NCBI GenBank assembly: GCA_029717555.1
Contig: JAMDHS010000065.1
Span: forward strand, 1 to 64,000
Origin: Peribolospora baueri
Lineage: Eukaryota
Reading direction: 5' to 3'
DNA length: 64,000 nt
Shown: piece after piece, positions 11,967 to 26,413 of the stretch
Numbering within the stretch: the first letter of the stretch is position 1
Layout of the letters: each line of letters begins with the position of its first letter
Made by a program: the position numbers and the translations under genes
Notes under the pieces: model-generated
The model's input: the letters and a program-made list of their open reading frames with translations, nothing else
Told to the model about the DNA's origin: nothing
Databases searched by the model: none

Positions 11967-14912
11967 ATGTCCCTCTTTGACTCTCCTCGTCCTTTCTCCG
12001 CCTACGGCTCCCTTGGCGGCAACACCTCCGGTTCAGGAGCAAGCGCAGCGGCGGGAGGAGGAAGCGCGGGTGGAGGTAGCGGCTTCGCCAACGTCCGACC
12101 CAACCCTCTCGCATTGGCTACGCCCGTCTTTGACTCCTATGACGACCCGTGGACATCCTCTTCCTCTGCCCTTCCGTCCAACCCCTACGCCTCCGCTTCG
12201 CCATCTGCCGCTCCCGCTTTCTCCGTTCCCGGCTCTGCCTCTGCGCCTTCGCTAACCGGCCATGACGGCTCGAACACCTCTGCGCTCGCTTCCGTGCTAA
12301 GTGAGCAGCATTGAAAACCGGCTCACGACGTCCGTTTGAGCGGCGCTCTCACGTGCTATCCTTTCTCCTTTTCCGCTCGCCATTTCTCGTATTGTTCGTC
12401 TCGCAGCCGACGGATCCGCCCTGCCCCCGATCTATCGCACAGCCTGGGACCTCGCCTGCACCGACCCTTCCGCCTCCACCATCTCCCTAACCAGCCTCAA
12501 TCGGGTTCTCTCCGCTTCTGGTCTTGGCGCAGGTGTCGTGGAACGCATCGTTAACATCGCCACTAGTCGCTCGCGCGTCCGCGCGGTGGAGTTCTTCGTC
12601 GCGCTCGCGCTTGTCGCGTTCGCGCAGGGTGGAGAGGGTGAGTCTATTCTCTAGCCAAGGGAGCCGCAGCGGTCCGACGGCCAGTGTTAGAGAGAGAAGG
12701 CGCCTGAGAAACCATTAATGTCGTATCTTCTTCCCCGCCCCTCCTTTCTTCTGCTCGCGCCGCCTCGCAGAGCTCGACGTAGAAGTAGTGGCAACCCGCG
12801 CACCGCACCTCCCCTCTCCAAAGCTCGACCTGTCCAAGCTCAACTCTAGCACCGCAACCACCTCATCCTCGCCGTCCAACCTCGCTGTGCGGTACGCCCC
12901 CAGCTCGCTCGAGTCCGATCCATGGGGCTCGTCCACCAACGCCATCGGCGTCAGCGTGCCCAACGGCTTCGGAGCGGATCCTGCCAGCGTCACGGGCATC
13001 ACCTCCCCCGGAGTGGGCATCGGAAACGTGAGCGATCCCTTCTCGGCCGCCTGGCGACCTGCTGAGGAAGTCTCCGTCACGCTCAAGGCGGAGACGGTCG
13101 GCTTCCTTTTCGGCCACCACGTGTATTCGATCGAAAGTGAAAGGAGACGATCGGCCGTTCTGAGGAGGTACTCGGATTTCGTTTGGTTGCTTGAGTGTTT
13201 GACAAAGAGGTGAGTTGGGATCGAAAATTGGATGGAGATGGCCGAGCAGATGCAACCTAGTCGGGCGCACAGGCTGACCCCCGCCGCGATCTTCGCTCAC
13301 GCTCTCATTCCCTCCCTTTCGCGCAGATACCCCTTCCGCTTGCTACCCAGCCTGCCTCCGAAGCGCCTTGCCAGTGGGTGTCCTGAACCCTCCTTTCCTT
13401 TTTCTCTCCTCCATTTCCAACCGCCGCTGATGCGGGCGTCCCGGTCCGCTTGTCTGTTCGATCGTTCGATCATCTGTCCAACGTATCATATCGTATCGCG
13501 TTCTCTCGTCCGTCCGTCCGTCCGCTCGCTCGTTCCTTCTCTGACCTTTTCCAGTCTCCGGACGACACATGACAGCCGATGACGAGTTTCTCGAGAAAAG
13601 GAGGTGAGCTCCTGGCGGGCTGCTTGCAAGAAAACCTCCACCGCTTCCTCGTTTGACCGCCTCGTTTCCGCTCCTCATCTCCGTCCGCTCGTTCGCGCAG
13701 ACGCGGCCTCCTCCGTTTTCTACAGTTCCTCGTCTCCCACCCCATCCTCCGCGAAGACTCGCTCCTGTCCACCTTCCTCACCGAACCCTCTGAGATCTCC
13801 GTCTGGCGCAAACACAACCCTTCCATCTCTCTCGATGAGGAATCGTCCACCAAGACTCTCGACGCTGTGCAGGAGATGTCCGTGCCCGCCGATCTGGAGG
13901 AGAAGATCGCCAAGACGAGGAGGGCTTTGGAGGGCGTCGTCGACGGATGGAGTCGGGCCTGCGTGGTGTTTGAGAGGGTGATCAAAAGGAAGGAAGCTGC
14001 CGCCGTGAGTGGATGAGTGGACGGTCTCCCGGCCTTTCTCTTTTGAAGTTTGGCTGGGGCGCGTGCCGACCGGACTTGACCCGATTTGGCCTTGTGACGC
14101 TCCCGACTCTAATAACCGCCGCCGGCTCCCCGTTCGTCTTTCGTCCCGCCTCCCTTCAGGCCGACTACTCGCGGTTCAGCCTCTCCCTCAACACGTTAGC
14201 TGAAGCGAGCGCGCAGACCTGGCGTCCGGAGGGCGAGAGGAGGGTGGAAGAGACTCTCGGACAGGTATCGGACGCGTTTCAGAATCACGCCGGTGCCGTG
14301 GAGTCGCGTTCTCGTGATTTGATGCTCGGCACTTTGGAGGCTTTGAAGGTGAGTGGGAGGGTGCGGGAGCGGATGGCGTGCTAAGGTATTGGGCAGAGGT
14401 GGCACTTGCGCTCATTCCGATCTTTGCTACTCGCCTTTTTCAACACGTTCAACTCTACCCTGCGTGGGCAGTACCAACGCGACCTCTACGCCTCGTTCCG
14501 CGATCTCGTCCTGCGACACGACAGACTGGCACCGGATAAGGTGGATTTCCTGAAGAAGCGTGTAGAGTCGTCCAAGCACCGTCTCGAGTCGCTCCGCAGC
14601 CCCATGGCCGCCTCGTCTTCGGGTACCGGCTCAGGCGGAGGGAGAGGCGCGGCTTCGGACGCGACGGCGGCCGAGGCGGACAAGCTGACGCGCTCGATTG
14701 CGTCGGACCAGGCAACCATCGGGGCGCTTCTTCGACGGAGAACGTTCGTGCGGTACGCGATGTGGAACGAGCTGCTCGTGCTGAACTGGCAGAGCAGGAA
14801 GGCAGAGGAGGAGTGCAAGCGGTTCGTCAAGACGGAGCACGTGTGGACGTCCAAGGCCTCGGGCGTGTGGGAAAGCTTGAGGGCTCGGCTGGCCGGCTTT
14901 TCGGATGACTGA
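11967..14912 (+). CDS. MVP1: Sorting nexin Mvp1/SNX8 (PX + BAR)
   Basis: PX motifs [31 protein letters not shown] and FLEKRRRGLLRFL; BAR region LEALKYQRDLYASFRDLVLRHDRL. All introns GT-AG. Confidence 0.92.
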
Positions 14913-15670
14913 GGAAGAGAAGGAGGAAGAGCCTTTCCCTCTCCCTTTCTTCTCGCCTCGCTCTCGTGTGATCAACGAACGACGATACCCTCTTCGATAT
15001 CACGGCCCCTCCCCCTCACCACCTTCCCCTAATCCACTCGATTCCACGATCATTCTTAGGTCCTCCGCGCTCCTGGCCCCCTCTGTCCCAGCCCTGCGTA
15101 CCCTGTCTCTATCTTATTCCATCTTGCTCCCTCTTCCTTCCTTTCTATCTTGCCACCTCCCTCTTCCCCGTCACTCGCGTACATTCATTTGTTCATCCTC
15201 GATCACCGATCACCGCATGCATGTCTTCGCGCGCAATCCAACTTTTCTTTCTTTCTTTCACATCCCGTTTCTTCGGTTTGACACAAGTCATCGTAACGCT
15301 CTGTGCACAGTGCGAAGAGGCTCGGAGGCGGGCGTGGCGGTGAAGGAGTCTCAGCCTGCAAGTCATGTCGCCCGCGATGAGTCGTCGGTGGGTGGATGAA
15401 ATCACGGCCAGCCGGCCGACGCGGCTCTGGCTGGCTGGGGTCGGTCGCCGCAGTCCGCGACGATGTTCTAGTAGGTGGACGTGAGTGGGCCTGAAAACGC
15501 AAGGGGAAGGGGGAGGAATGAAAGGAAGTCACAGCTTCCTCTTCTTTCCCCCTCTCCACTCCATCGCGATTGGCAATAGCGATCAGTAGCATCGCATCGC
15601 CACCAAATCCACGACGCCTCCGCCGCCCACCCACCCTCCCTCATCTCCAAGATAATCCCGTGGATCCACC

Positions 15671-17883
15671 ATGAGCTCTGGAGAAGACCATACCCAGGAC
15701 CGGCACCGCCGGACCTCCACCGCTTCCTCCTTCTTCGGCACAGGAGAGACCGCCAGACGGGCCACGCCGTCCCCCAGGCCCATCTCGGGCGCAGGCATGG
15801 TCGGCTACGGGTACGCCCAGCCCGGCAGCTCGTACTTCGACGGTGCACCGCCCGGACTCGGCGGCGGGAGCGGGAGCGTTGCTGGGGCATCCTCCATCCG
15901 ACCTGGTCGGGTGACGCCGCCGAACCGGTCGTCCCAGGCGAGGATGAGCAAAGTCGTCTCCGGTGCTTTTGATCCGGCCGACTTTCACGGTGCGTGCCGT
16001 CTCTGCCGGCGCGCTCCACGTCTTTCTTTCCCCAGCTTCTTGGGCTGTGGAAGGCAAGGCGGGGAGCGGAGGGGAGAGGCGAGCGAAGTGTTTCCATCGC
16101 CGCTTCAGGTCGTAGCTCGACTGACAAGCTCGTGTCCTTTTCCCGCTCCGGCTTTCTCCCTCGTCCCGCTTCGCCTCGGCTTTACTTCCCCGTCTTGCTT
16201 GACTTTCCCGCAGACGATCCGTATGCCTTCAACGTCATTGACGACTTCAACAATGTCGGGGCGAAATACTCCGAAGGCCTTCTCTCTTCCGCCGACTCGT
16301 GAGTTCAAGGACGGGCTCGGTCCTCGCGCGCCGCCGCCGAACGGCACTGAGACATGGTTCTGATCCCTGTCTCCAGCTACGCGCACGCCCACCGTCAGTC
16401 TGTCGGCTCGTTCACGCCGACCCTCGCCGGAGGCTACCCGGAGCCGTACGCAATGGGGGACAGGCGCCTGTCCAAGATGTCGCGAGGCTCGTACGGACCC
16501 CTCCCAGACACCTCCTCTTCCCTCCCTCTCAAGGTGAAAGACGAGGAGGGAGGCGCCCTACGGGACCCTTCGGTGAACCACGGAGAGAACCTGTCGAACG
16601 TTGAGGTGGTCACCGTCCCCGCTCTCGGACAAGAGTACACCGAGACAGAGCTGAAGAGGATGAGCAGGGCTGAAAAGAAAAAGAAGAAGAGGAAGGCGAA
16701 AGTGAGCGCTTTCAACGAGTGGAGGAGGGGTGAGGGTCAGCGGAGGATTTGCGGCATTATCGGCCCGAGGGAGGCCGTGTTTGTAGGCTTCTTCCTCCTC
16801 GTTTGGTGGGTATCGCTTTGCCTTGTCCCGACGCCGAGCGGATCCCTCGCCGGCGAGCTCGATGGTCACAGGCTCACCCTTCCCTTATCCTCCTCGTCCT
16901 TTTTCCCCCTCATACACCCCTCGTCCTCGTCCCCGTGTTCCCTGACCGCCTCGCAGCATCGCCGTCGTCCTCTATTTCACAATCCCGCGCACGCCTGGCT
17001 TCTCCTTCCTCACCGCTACCCCCTTTGCAGCCGTGGACAAGATGAACGTCTCCCAGGTCCCTGCTAACTTTAGCATGAACATGAACATGCAAGTAGAACG
17101 TGCGTATCCCTCCTTCCGTCCCCCTCTTCCTCGTGTCGTCGCTCGGATTAGCCGTAATCTTTTTGTGCGCTTGTTCTCCTGCGATGCGATCTGGCTTGAT
17201 CTGGCTTGCTTTACGTCCCGTCTACCTTCCAGTGGACGCCAGCTCCAACTGGCTCCCTCTCCGGTTCACCTCCCTCGACGTGGAGGTGCACGACCTCAAC
17301 ACCAACATGCCCGTCGGTAAGGGCGGTTTTCCAGGCTCCCAGACCATCCAAGGTCGCAAGAAGTCTCCGGTGGATATCCCGGTTCTGTTCAGCTACACCG
17401 GCAGCAGCAGGAGTGATCAGACTTGTGAGCGCCTCGTCTCGCCAATGTGGCAGGTCCTTCGGGACGGTTGAGCTTCGCTTGGCCGGAGTACGTCGATCGC
17501 CGTTTTCCTCACTCAACATTAACGTCTTCTTCTGTCCGGTTCTCGTCTCGCTGACAGGGCAAGACTTTTACCAAGCGTGTGGGCACAAATGTGAGCACCT
17601 CCCTTCCCCCTCGTCCCCGCTTTCCTACCTGCGTTCCGATAGGGGCCATTGTCTTCGCTTCCTTTTCTGACTTTGTCGACCCGGCTTTTCCTCGTTCTTG
17701 TCGCCCTTCTCTCTTGCGTTTTCTCCATTTTCTCACACCGCAGACCCCGGACACGAAGACCGACCAGGCCTGAACTTGCGTGTGCTGATCACCATGAAGA
17801 TCGCCGGCCTCATCGGCACAAAGGAGGCTGGCACACAGATCAGCTCTGCTCCTTGTCCCTTCGAGCTCGACCCTAATCAGTGA
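15671..17883 (+). CDS. Single-pass membrane protein with LEA_2-like C-terminal domain
   Basis: Six exons splice in frame: disordered N-terminus, basic patch, hydrophobic helix (VFVGFFLLVCIAVVLYFTIPR), then beta-rich DASSNWLPLRFTSLDVEVHD...ACG...CPFEL. Confidence 0.7.
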
Positions 17884-18435
17884 ACGCGCACGGGCCCCTG
17901 CCGCCCCGGCGAGGCTCGCTAAGCTTCGATAGGTCGATTGGTCGGCAAGAGCCACAGTGGCGATTTGGTTTTTCCTCGTGTGACACACCGTGATGGACTT
18001 TTTCCTGGCTCTCAGCGCGACTCGTTCGGTCCTCTCTCTCGTCACGGACAATCTCAGCTCCCTGCCCGTTGGACGTCCAGCGGACGACCATTCGACATGG
18101 ACATTCACTGCTTAGCCTCTATTCCCGGTTCATTTTCAGGACGTCCGTCTCTCCTTTCCCGCTTCCTTTTGATTCCCTCCTCTCCCACTTCGTCTCATTT
18201 CCTTTCCCATCCGTGCCTCACTGTCGCATGGTCCTTGGACACTACGGACGCTCTCTTTCACTCCTTTGGTCTTTGGTCTCCTTCATTCTCTCACGTCTTC
18301 GTGTATCAACCCGTGCATCCCACCAACCGGTTAACCTGCTGACACCCTGCCTCGTCGGATGATTCTTTTCAGACGATCTTTCCCTGGTCCCTCCTTCGTC
18401 TGGATATCAATAGGCGCGTACGCACGCCGTCTATA

Positions 18436-20229
18436 TCACCATCGCACATCCCGGCCCTGCCAGGAGATGAACCGACCGCTGTCCTTCGCCGTCGCCGACT
18501 CGATCACTTTGAGCCTGGTGGGGTGAAGAGGCGGCGAGGGAAGACATGGAGGAGATGAGAAGATGCGGAGAAGATGAATAGAGACGACGACCGGAGGAGG
18601 AAACGAACGGGTCGCCGCCATGTGGGCTCCCACGGCAGACTAACATGCCTTCTATCGCCTGCTCCTTTTTCAACGGCGCTTCTGGTCCGCCCATGTCAGT
18701 CTGGAACGCCAGGGCAGTGATGCACGAGAAGAAGAGAGCGGAATCGATAGGCCGCGGGGGTGGGGGTGGGACAGGTCAAGAACAAAGTTTTAATAAGACA
18801 GTGATGATGACGATGGGGTCAATCAAGCGTCTGGAGGGGGCGGTCCAAAGTGACTCTCAACCGAAGGGAGTACGCGCAAAAAACGTACCTGCACCCAGCC
18901 AGGATCGAGAGAGAGGACGATCCATGCTTGCTCGCCGTAGCGAGAACGGAGGTCAGCGGAAAGTTTACGGGTGTACATGTTGAGCGCTGCTTTCGTTAAT
19001 GAATCTTGACGTGCGCGATAGAGGGAGCGGAAGGAAAAGAGAGCGTATAAGCTGATTTATTAGGCGGTCGGTTCGCTTGAGAACGGAATCAGTTGAGGCC
19101 ATCTCCCCGCGAAAGACGGCCAGGCCGGTCGGGTGGGAAACGGCCGACGAGGAGCCAATGAAACTCACAAGCGGGTTTCATTTCATGATGACCACCTGTG
19201 ATGCTCCCGTACCCGCTGCTGATATGAATGACCTTCTTCGGGCCCCGACGCTCATCCTCTGGCGCAGAACGCATGAGAGGGTGAAGGGCTTGGAAGAGGG
19301 CGACGGGACCGAAAAGGTTGGTTTGGAATTCTGCTTGGAGGGCGCTTGGGGGCCTACGAAGGAGTTGTTGGTGGAGGAGGGGGAAAGGATGAGCAATAGA
19401 GCAAATATTTACCGGAGTTAATCAAGAAGGGGCTGATGGGACAGGAGAGGGTAAGCGAGCCTACAGGTCTAGGAGTGATCCTTGTCCGTACACTGCCATG
19501 GGGACAACGTAGAATCGCCGAGAGAAGCCGAGGTATGACCGAGATCGTCAGTTCAGTTCAACAAAAGGCAAACCAAGCTGATCTGTGTCACCATGTTGCC
19601 CCCTCACACACGTCCGCATCCTCTTCTAAAGCGACGAGAAAGCCCAGTGGCGGGGTGCTCACCGCCAGCATTCTGAATGAGCACATCTGGCGCCCCTGCC
19701 ATCCGAGTCACTTCTTCGACCTCTTTCGCAAACGCCTGTGCTCAAATGCAGTGCAGACCTAATCAGGCCTGCAAGCCATATCCACGGCAAAGCGGCAGAG
19801 CAGCGGCCGAGGAGTTCGTTTCGGATAAGCTCACCGGGAAAGACGCAGAGTCAGTTAAGTCCAACCGGAGGGGGACGATTCGACCTCCCGACCTCGCGGT
19901 AAGGTCAACCAATTCTGAGGACTTTGAAGGGTTTCTGGCAGCGGCGACAACAAAGGCATCTCTTTGCTTCTGGACCTGGAGCGCTCGAAAGCGTTCGGCG
20001 ACCGTTATTTTAGAGGCTGCGAGGCGTGGTCAAGAGGAAAGGGAGAAGAAACGGCAAGGTCGAGGCTCACTAGCTGTCGGACAAACTCAAGTCCAAGCCC
20101 TCGTGAAGCTCCCTGTGCATCAAGAGAGTGTAATGAGGTTCCCCTTTAGATCATTTCTATGGGCTCAGAAACCGTCGCTGGTCTGCCTGCCTAGCAGCTC
20201 ACTGTGACAAGGTAAGTGGTTTTGGCCAT
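18436..20229 (-). CDS. Short-chain dehydrogenase/reductase (classical, CsgA/C-factor-like)
   Basis: Spliced: YLVTGASRGLGLEFVRQL (TGxxxGxG), DVLIQNAG, IHISSGYGS, catalytic YSLTK (Tyr codon split by an intron), LDPGWVQTDMGG, and C-terminal DSGRFISWQG...W. Confidence 0.9.
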
Positions 20230-20532
20230 CTCAGTCTCTTCGTCACCGCTTTCCGTCAAGATCGGTGAGAAGTAGTAGCAATTGTGATAGAGGTGTGCCT
20301 TCCTGCTTTCAGAGGACCGCAATGGAAACTCCGGGGAGGGCTGGATTCGACGCTGACTAAGCCTTTTGCTGCGGGATTTGGCTGCGGTACCTTGCACATA
20401 CTCGAATTCGTTCCCGACCCGACGTTTCACTGTCTTTGCCTTCTCTCCACCCTCGTCTCTTCTGCCCCTCGCTTTCTCCAGCTTTCCACCTCTATCTCAC
20501 CTCCTATTCCCACATCCCCAGCCCCCACCCCC

Positions 20533-22319
20533 ATGCCACCCTCTGCACCCGGCTACGCCGTCTCGATGCTCACCAATGCGCTGCTGCAAGCACACGGCCG
20601 AGGTCTCGACTTGAGCCACCGCGCCACCAGCGCACATGTCTCATCTGGGGATGAGTGGAGCTCGATCATGGGCTGGGTGAGCGTGGCGTGTTGGGTCGTC
20701 GTCTATTCTCCGTGAGTTGGCCTGGTTGCGGTTCAAGTACATTGTCTAGTCTCTGCGAAGCAGTTCAGCGTGGGACATGAACCTGCTCTGCTGAAATGGA
20801 TAGGTCAAATCTCAACCTGATCGTGCCATGACTGCCTCCCTGTTCTGGTTCTCCCTCTTGTAGACAGATTTGGGAGAACTATGTCCTACAGTCTGGAGAG
20901 GGTTTGTCCGTCGCCTTTGTCGTCGTCTGGCTGGTAAGTCAATACCCTTCCTCCGCTCCCGTGCTGCCACACTCTGGTCTCTGGTTTCCGGGAAATCTTC
21001 GCTCAACGGCAAATTGGACATTCGTTTCCGCTCGCAGCTCGGGGATGTATTCAACCTCATCGGTGCGATGCAGCAGGGTCTCCTGTGGACCATGGTGAGT
21101 ATTCCCCTCGCCCTCCTGTAGCGCACGTGCATCTGCATCACCTCTATTCATGCCCGTTCTGGCCAACGCACGCGTTTATCACTGACACGTCTGGCCTGGT
21201 TGCGAACGAATAGATCGTATTGGCGGCGTACTACACTCTTTGTGACATCATTTTACTCTTCCAAGGTGAGCGAAGCATAAGGCCTCCGCATGTTGAATTG
21301 AGCTTTCGTGGGACATGTAAGCTCATCCACCCGAATATTCGCTTGCACCGTTGGCACCAGTGTACTACTATCGTTGGAAGGACCACCGTCGCCAGTCCCA
21401 CTCTCTCGCCCGTGCCCGTCAAGGTTCTCTTGCCGCGCAGGAATCCGCGACAACTGCGGGTACGGACACCATGGCATCGGAGCGGACCCCCCTTCTGCCC
21501 AACGGCGCTCCCTCTGCCGGCTGTTCTGTCCGAGAACATGAATACGACTCCGAAACCTCCAAGCACCGGACCGCCAACGAGATCCCCCCCGCCATTCGCT
21601 CTGCGATCACTTACTTTGTTTGCCTCGTCCTCGTCGCCGGCGTGGGTGTCATGGCTTGGTATATCAAAGAGGCTAAAATAGGGAGAGGTGCGCCAAAAAA
21701 TGACGGTTTGGGAGGCGATGTGGGAGGGGGAGGTTGGGAGAAGGGTACGGACGTGAAGTGGAGATGGGACGCACAAGTGTACGGTTGGGCAAGCGCTGTG
21801 TTGTATTGTGAGTACTGTTCCAGGGGTTGTGTAGGACGTGGAAATGCCTTTCAATTTGGAATCATATCTGAATAATTTTTTTTTCTTCATCTGCCTTCCT
21901 TTCTTTGCTCACTGATCCCGATCCATCGATTGATCTCTGCCAGTGAGTTCCCGAATGCCTCAGATTTTCAAGAACAAGGAGACAAAATGCGAGGGGCTCA
22001 GTTTCGCGATGTTCTTTTTCGCCGTCGCTGGCAACGCGTGAGTGCTATAGCCTTCCCTTCTCTGCCCTGTTGGAGTGCTCGGAATTGGCGCGTTTCGTCT
22101 CAAGTGTCTCCTCCGTTCTGCTCCTCCTCTCCTCCTCTCGATCTCACAAGCACGTACGTCGCGAGCATCCTCTTCAAATCTGTTGACCGCGATTACCTCG
22201 TCGCCAACGCGTCCTGGCTCGCCGGATCGGGCCTCACCATCTTGCTTGACTTCATCGTCTTGGGGCAATTCTTCTACTACGCCAAGGAGAGGAGGGTGGC
22301 TGGAGGGGCGACTTCATAG
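20533..22319 (+). CDS. PQ-loop repeat vacuolar amino-acid transporter (Ypq/PQLC2-like)
   Basis: Two PQ loops: GWVSVACWVVVYSPQIWENY...SGEGLS and GWASAVLYLSSRMPQIFKNKETKCEGLS; C-terminal WLAGSGLTILLDFIVLGQFFYY. Confidence 0.92.
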
Positions 22320-22755
22320 ACTACATCAATTAGAGATAGATCGCCTACTTGTCCGGGTGCTCACTCGGTTTTTTCGACGAACAGCCTCGCTTCTCGCTTT
22401 GCTTTGCTTCTCTTGCCTGCTCTGTCTCACCTCCCCGCATCTCATCTACCTTATCGGTATCCTCTTCTTGGGTTTTCACTTTCCGGGCTTCTCATCGCCG
22501 GCTGGCCTAGACTGCTGTCTCCCTCATGTGGCAAATTTTCACAATCTTCCTGCAATGTAGCCATAGAACGTCCGAATCATCCTTACCCTCTCTCGCTTGA
22601 GCCCCCCAAATATATAACTTGTGTCTTCAGCGCCTTCGACGCTGTTTGTCATGCTTAGCAGATAGCACGGGACGATAGCCTGCCGCAGTCGACCTGCCGT
22701 CGTGACACTCGCACCGATCATTCTTCTTCCACCTCCACCTCAACCAGATGAATCG

Positions 22756-25700
22756 ATGGTCTCCCAACCCGACTCCCCTCTCCTAGCCGTCCTCCTTGTC
22801 ACCTCCTCTTCCCGCGGCTCGCACGTCGTCTTTCGTTGGCCTGATAAGCCGCACCTTCGTCCGCGCCATTCTCGCGTAAAGTACTACAGCCGCGCGGGAG
22901 CGCGACGGACCGTCGATGGGGGGGAATATGTGAGGAGTGTCCTGGACGACGACGAAGAGGGGGATTCGGGGAGGGAAGAGGAAAGTAGTAGCGACGATAG
23001 CGACGAGAGCTCGCTGACGCCCGATTCAGTCGATGAGATGGAAAGAGGCAGGTTGACGGGAGAGGAGGTCGTTGCCGACTCAGCGGCGTTCGGAGCTGGA
23101 CTGGAGGCGAGGAAGGCGGGCTCGACGGCGAGGCGCTCCATCTCCACCGCACAGTCGTCCCCCATTCGAGGGTCGCAGGCTAAATCTCGACACACGTCAT
23201 CCTACTACGGCGGCGGGGGAGGAACCGCGAGTGGGGACGCTCACAGTTTGAGCATGGAGCAAGACCTCCGGAACACGGGATTAATGGACCTTAGCGAGTA
23301 TGACACCTTCCTCGGCTACGACACCGGCTTCCTCGCGTCCATCCTCAGCCCGCGTCGAACGCTCTGTCATCACAGGTTTGAGCTCGTGGTCGACGATTTG
23401 GCGTTCGTCGGGCATCCTGTGTGTGCGATGCCGGATGGAGATTGGAGCTGGGGGGAAGCGGATGAGAAGGGAGAGAACTGGGAGAAGGAGGACGACGACG
23501 AACAGAGAGGGTCTGAGGAGGAAGGGCATGCGGCGCAAATGGGGAGGGACGGAAGCAAGGAAAGGACATCGATGCTGGGCAGGCCCAAGGATGGCAGTCT
23601 GCGAAGAGTCTCCTCGTCCGGCAGCGGGAGATGGTCCGAGGCGGGCCAAGAACGGCCGTCGTCTTCGACCTCACCAGCACGACAAGGTGCAGGAAAAGGA
23701 GACAAGAGCGAAGCAGAAGGAAAGACGGCGGCGCCGGATCAATGCGCTGCCTCGTCCATCTCCACCGGCTCCCACTCCTCCATCAGCCTCTTTCATTTTG
23801 TCCTCGTTCTCGACCGACCCGATCCGTCCTACAAGGCCCCAACGTTCGACCTCACACGGTGGCTTCAAGTGTTTTACGATAACGTTGCGTACAAAATGAC
23901 GTCGGCGCTGTTTGTGGAGCAGGGCAGAGCGAATTATGTGGGCAAGGAGGCAGAGCTGTTGCTCGCGTTGAGAGAAGAGTGCATCGATGCGGGTGGGTCT
24001 TGCAAATACCTCCCCACCAACTCATAGTGTTCTCGTTATGCTGATATTCTCGACATTACCTTCTCCACGTTTCTGTAGGCAAGCCTTACTCCGACTTCGT
24101 TTCGCTCGCCCTCGAGAAGTCTTCCCTCGCGAACTCTATCGCTCATATCCACCGTTCCATCTCCGCAACGAGCTCTGCCTACATCCATGTCAACGACCGC
24201 ATATCAACCCATCTTCAGCTTCCACCATCTCTTTTGGCGCGATATTCATCCCGGCCCGACGACGCTTCAGGGGTGATGGAATTAGACGCCGGGCCTGAAG
24301 ACTTGGAAACTGAGCCTGACCCCTTGGACCCGATGTCTGGAGGCAGACCAGACGCGTATGAGGACTACGCGGCGGGAGCAAACCTGCCGTACGGTACCGG
24401 CTCGCTACTCTTGCCCTGGAAGACGCTGCTCGTGCTCAACGAGGCGCGTGTCTCCGCCGAGGGCGTCGATGTCGACGAGCGTGGAGACGGATTGGGCGTA
24501 GGCAGGGGTACGGAAGTGCGCAGGGATGCTGAGAGCTGGGTTCGTCGACTTGTCAGCCTGTTGCAGCCGACGCTCTCGGGAGTGCCCAAGTGAGTCGATC
24601 GTTTCCAAAAGCAAGTGCGGAGCAGACATACATACTGACAGATTCCTTGCTCTTCCTCGTTTGTTCAACAGTTTGAACGAACTCGCTGAGCTGCTCGGCT
24701 ACGACCTCGTTCAAGACCTCTACCCCATCGCCCGACATCTCATCTACCATCGAGAGGTGCGCGTCATTGACGTGCCAAGATTGAGAAACATCTATACCGT
24801 CTCTCCCGCAAGCGACCTCCGACAGTGAGTTCTCGTATTTTTAATCGTTCTCAGTGCGTTGGACTCCAGGGAAGATTATTTTTTTATGAGGCTCAATGTG
24901 ACTGTTTCTTCTCTTCGTGCGCCCTAACAGACTTCCGGAATTGTCCGCCGCATTCTCCGCCGCCTTTCCGACCCTGCCGCATCTACCCACCTTGCTTGCC
25001 ATGCTCTCCGCCCAGCCAGTGCCCTATTCGTCCCTGATCCCGTCTCGCTACCACCGCGCTGAGTACCTGCACGCGCTCGTCTGGCTCCTCCGACGTGACC
25101 TCATCGTCCAGCTTCAGTACCGCATCCGCGTCGTAGTGCGTCCCGAGATTAAAAGGAAGGCGAGGGAGATGAGAGAGAACGAGCGGAGGCAGAAGAGACA
25201 GAGGAAGGCCATGCGGCATAGAAGGATGAGCGAAAAGGTCAAGACTAAGGCGGATGGTGCCAACGAGGACGCGGATGGCGGCGACATTGAACAACAGCGG
25301 CAGCAACGCCGTGGAAGGCGGCGGAGAGAGTCCTCATCGAACGAGATCACTTCCGGACCGCCAATGAAGGTAGTGCAGGGTTTCGGCATCGGAGGCGAGA
25401 CAGTGCCGGAGGAGCTCACGTTCGAGCGACGCCGCGTCGAGCGATCTCGCTCGCCTTCTCGCTCCCGTACCAACAGTGGCGTAGGGAACGGTGCTCGCAC
25501 CACTGGCAGCGCCCTGGACAGTCCCGCCTTGCGCACTACCCGACTGGCCGGATCTCCAGTCCCGACCGGCACTTCTCCTTTGGCTGTCAGCAGGGGAAGC
25601 AGCGGCCGAGGGACGAACCAGTCTCGTTCGCCGTCTCGGGCGCGTAGGAAGGTGCGCGGGTTTGGAAAAGGGGAGGAGGTCGAGGAAGCGGAGATCGTCG

Positions 25701-26413
25701 AGCAACTAGCGGTCGGTAGTGCGAGTGTAGAGGGAAAGGAGCAGCAGGAAGGGTTCTTATCAGCTCGATCGAGGCACGGCTCGACGACATCGGCGTCGTC
25801 TACAAAACCTTTGGCGGAGGGCTTGAGGAGGCTCTCGCTCGACGGGGAGGAATCTGTTGGGCACGACGGGGTTCGTGGCCAGAGACGGTCATCAACTGCC
25901 GATGAGTTAGATAGGGTGGAGGAAAGGGCCCCGAGCGACGTTTTCGACAGCGACGATGAGGAAGATGACGAGGAGGAGGAGGAGGAGGAGGAGGAAGTGG
26001 AGAGCGAGCCCGGATCACAAGACGACACGGCGACCATCATCATCGAACCGGGGAGGGCGACCAAGGAGGAGAACGAATGGTTGAGCGCAATGATCGAAGG
26101 CAAGGATCTTGAGCTCGTGCAGATCTTCTTAAAGTGAGTGAGACTTTGTTCACTATTTCGCCGAGCGTCCGCGCTCGGTTTGTCGTCCTTCCACCTCGTT
26201 TGGTTCGAGGTCGGTCCAGCTCACTGACTGGACGTACCCCTCTATCTTTCGGCTCTCAACCTGCTCTCGACGGATCGGCACAGATGCCTTACCTATTTTA
26301 ACGGCAAGCACTCGACAGATGAGATCGTCTTCCGAGAAGAGCTTCGACGGAGGGACATGCGCCAGGTGCTCGAAGAATTCAGTCAGGATCTCATCACTTT
26401 CCTCCATCCTTGA
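22756..26413 (+). CDS. NPR3: Nitrogen permease regulator 3 (SEACIT/GATOR1 subunit)
   Basis: LLAVLLVTSSSRGSHVVFRWP, FLGYDTGFLASILSP...RFELVVDDLAFVGHPV, LLPWKTLL, IARHLIYH, YLHALVWLLRRDLIVQL and YFNGKHSTDEI. Confidence 0.93.
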
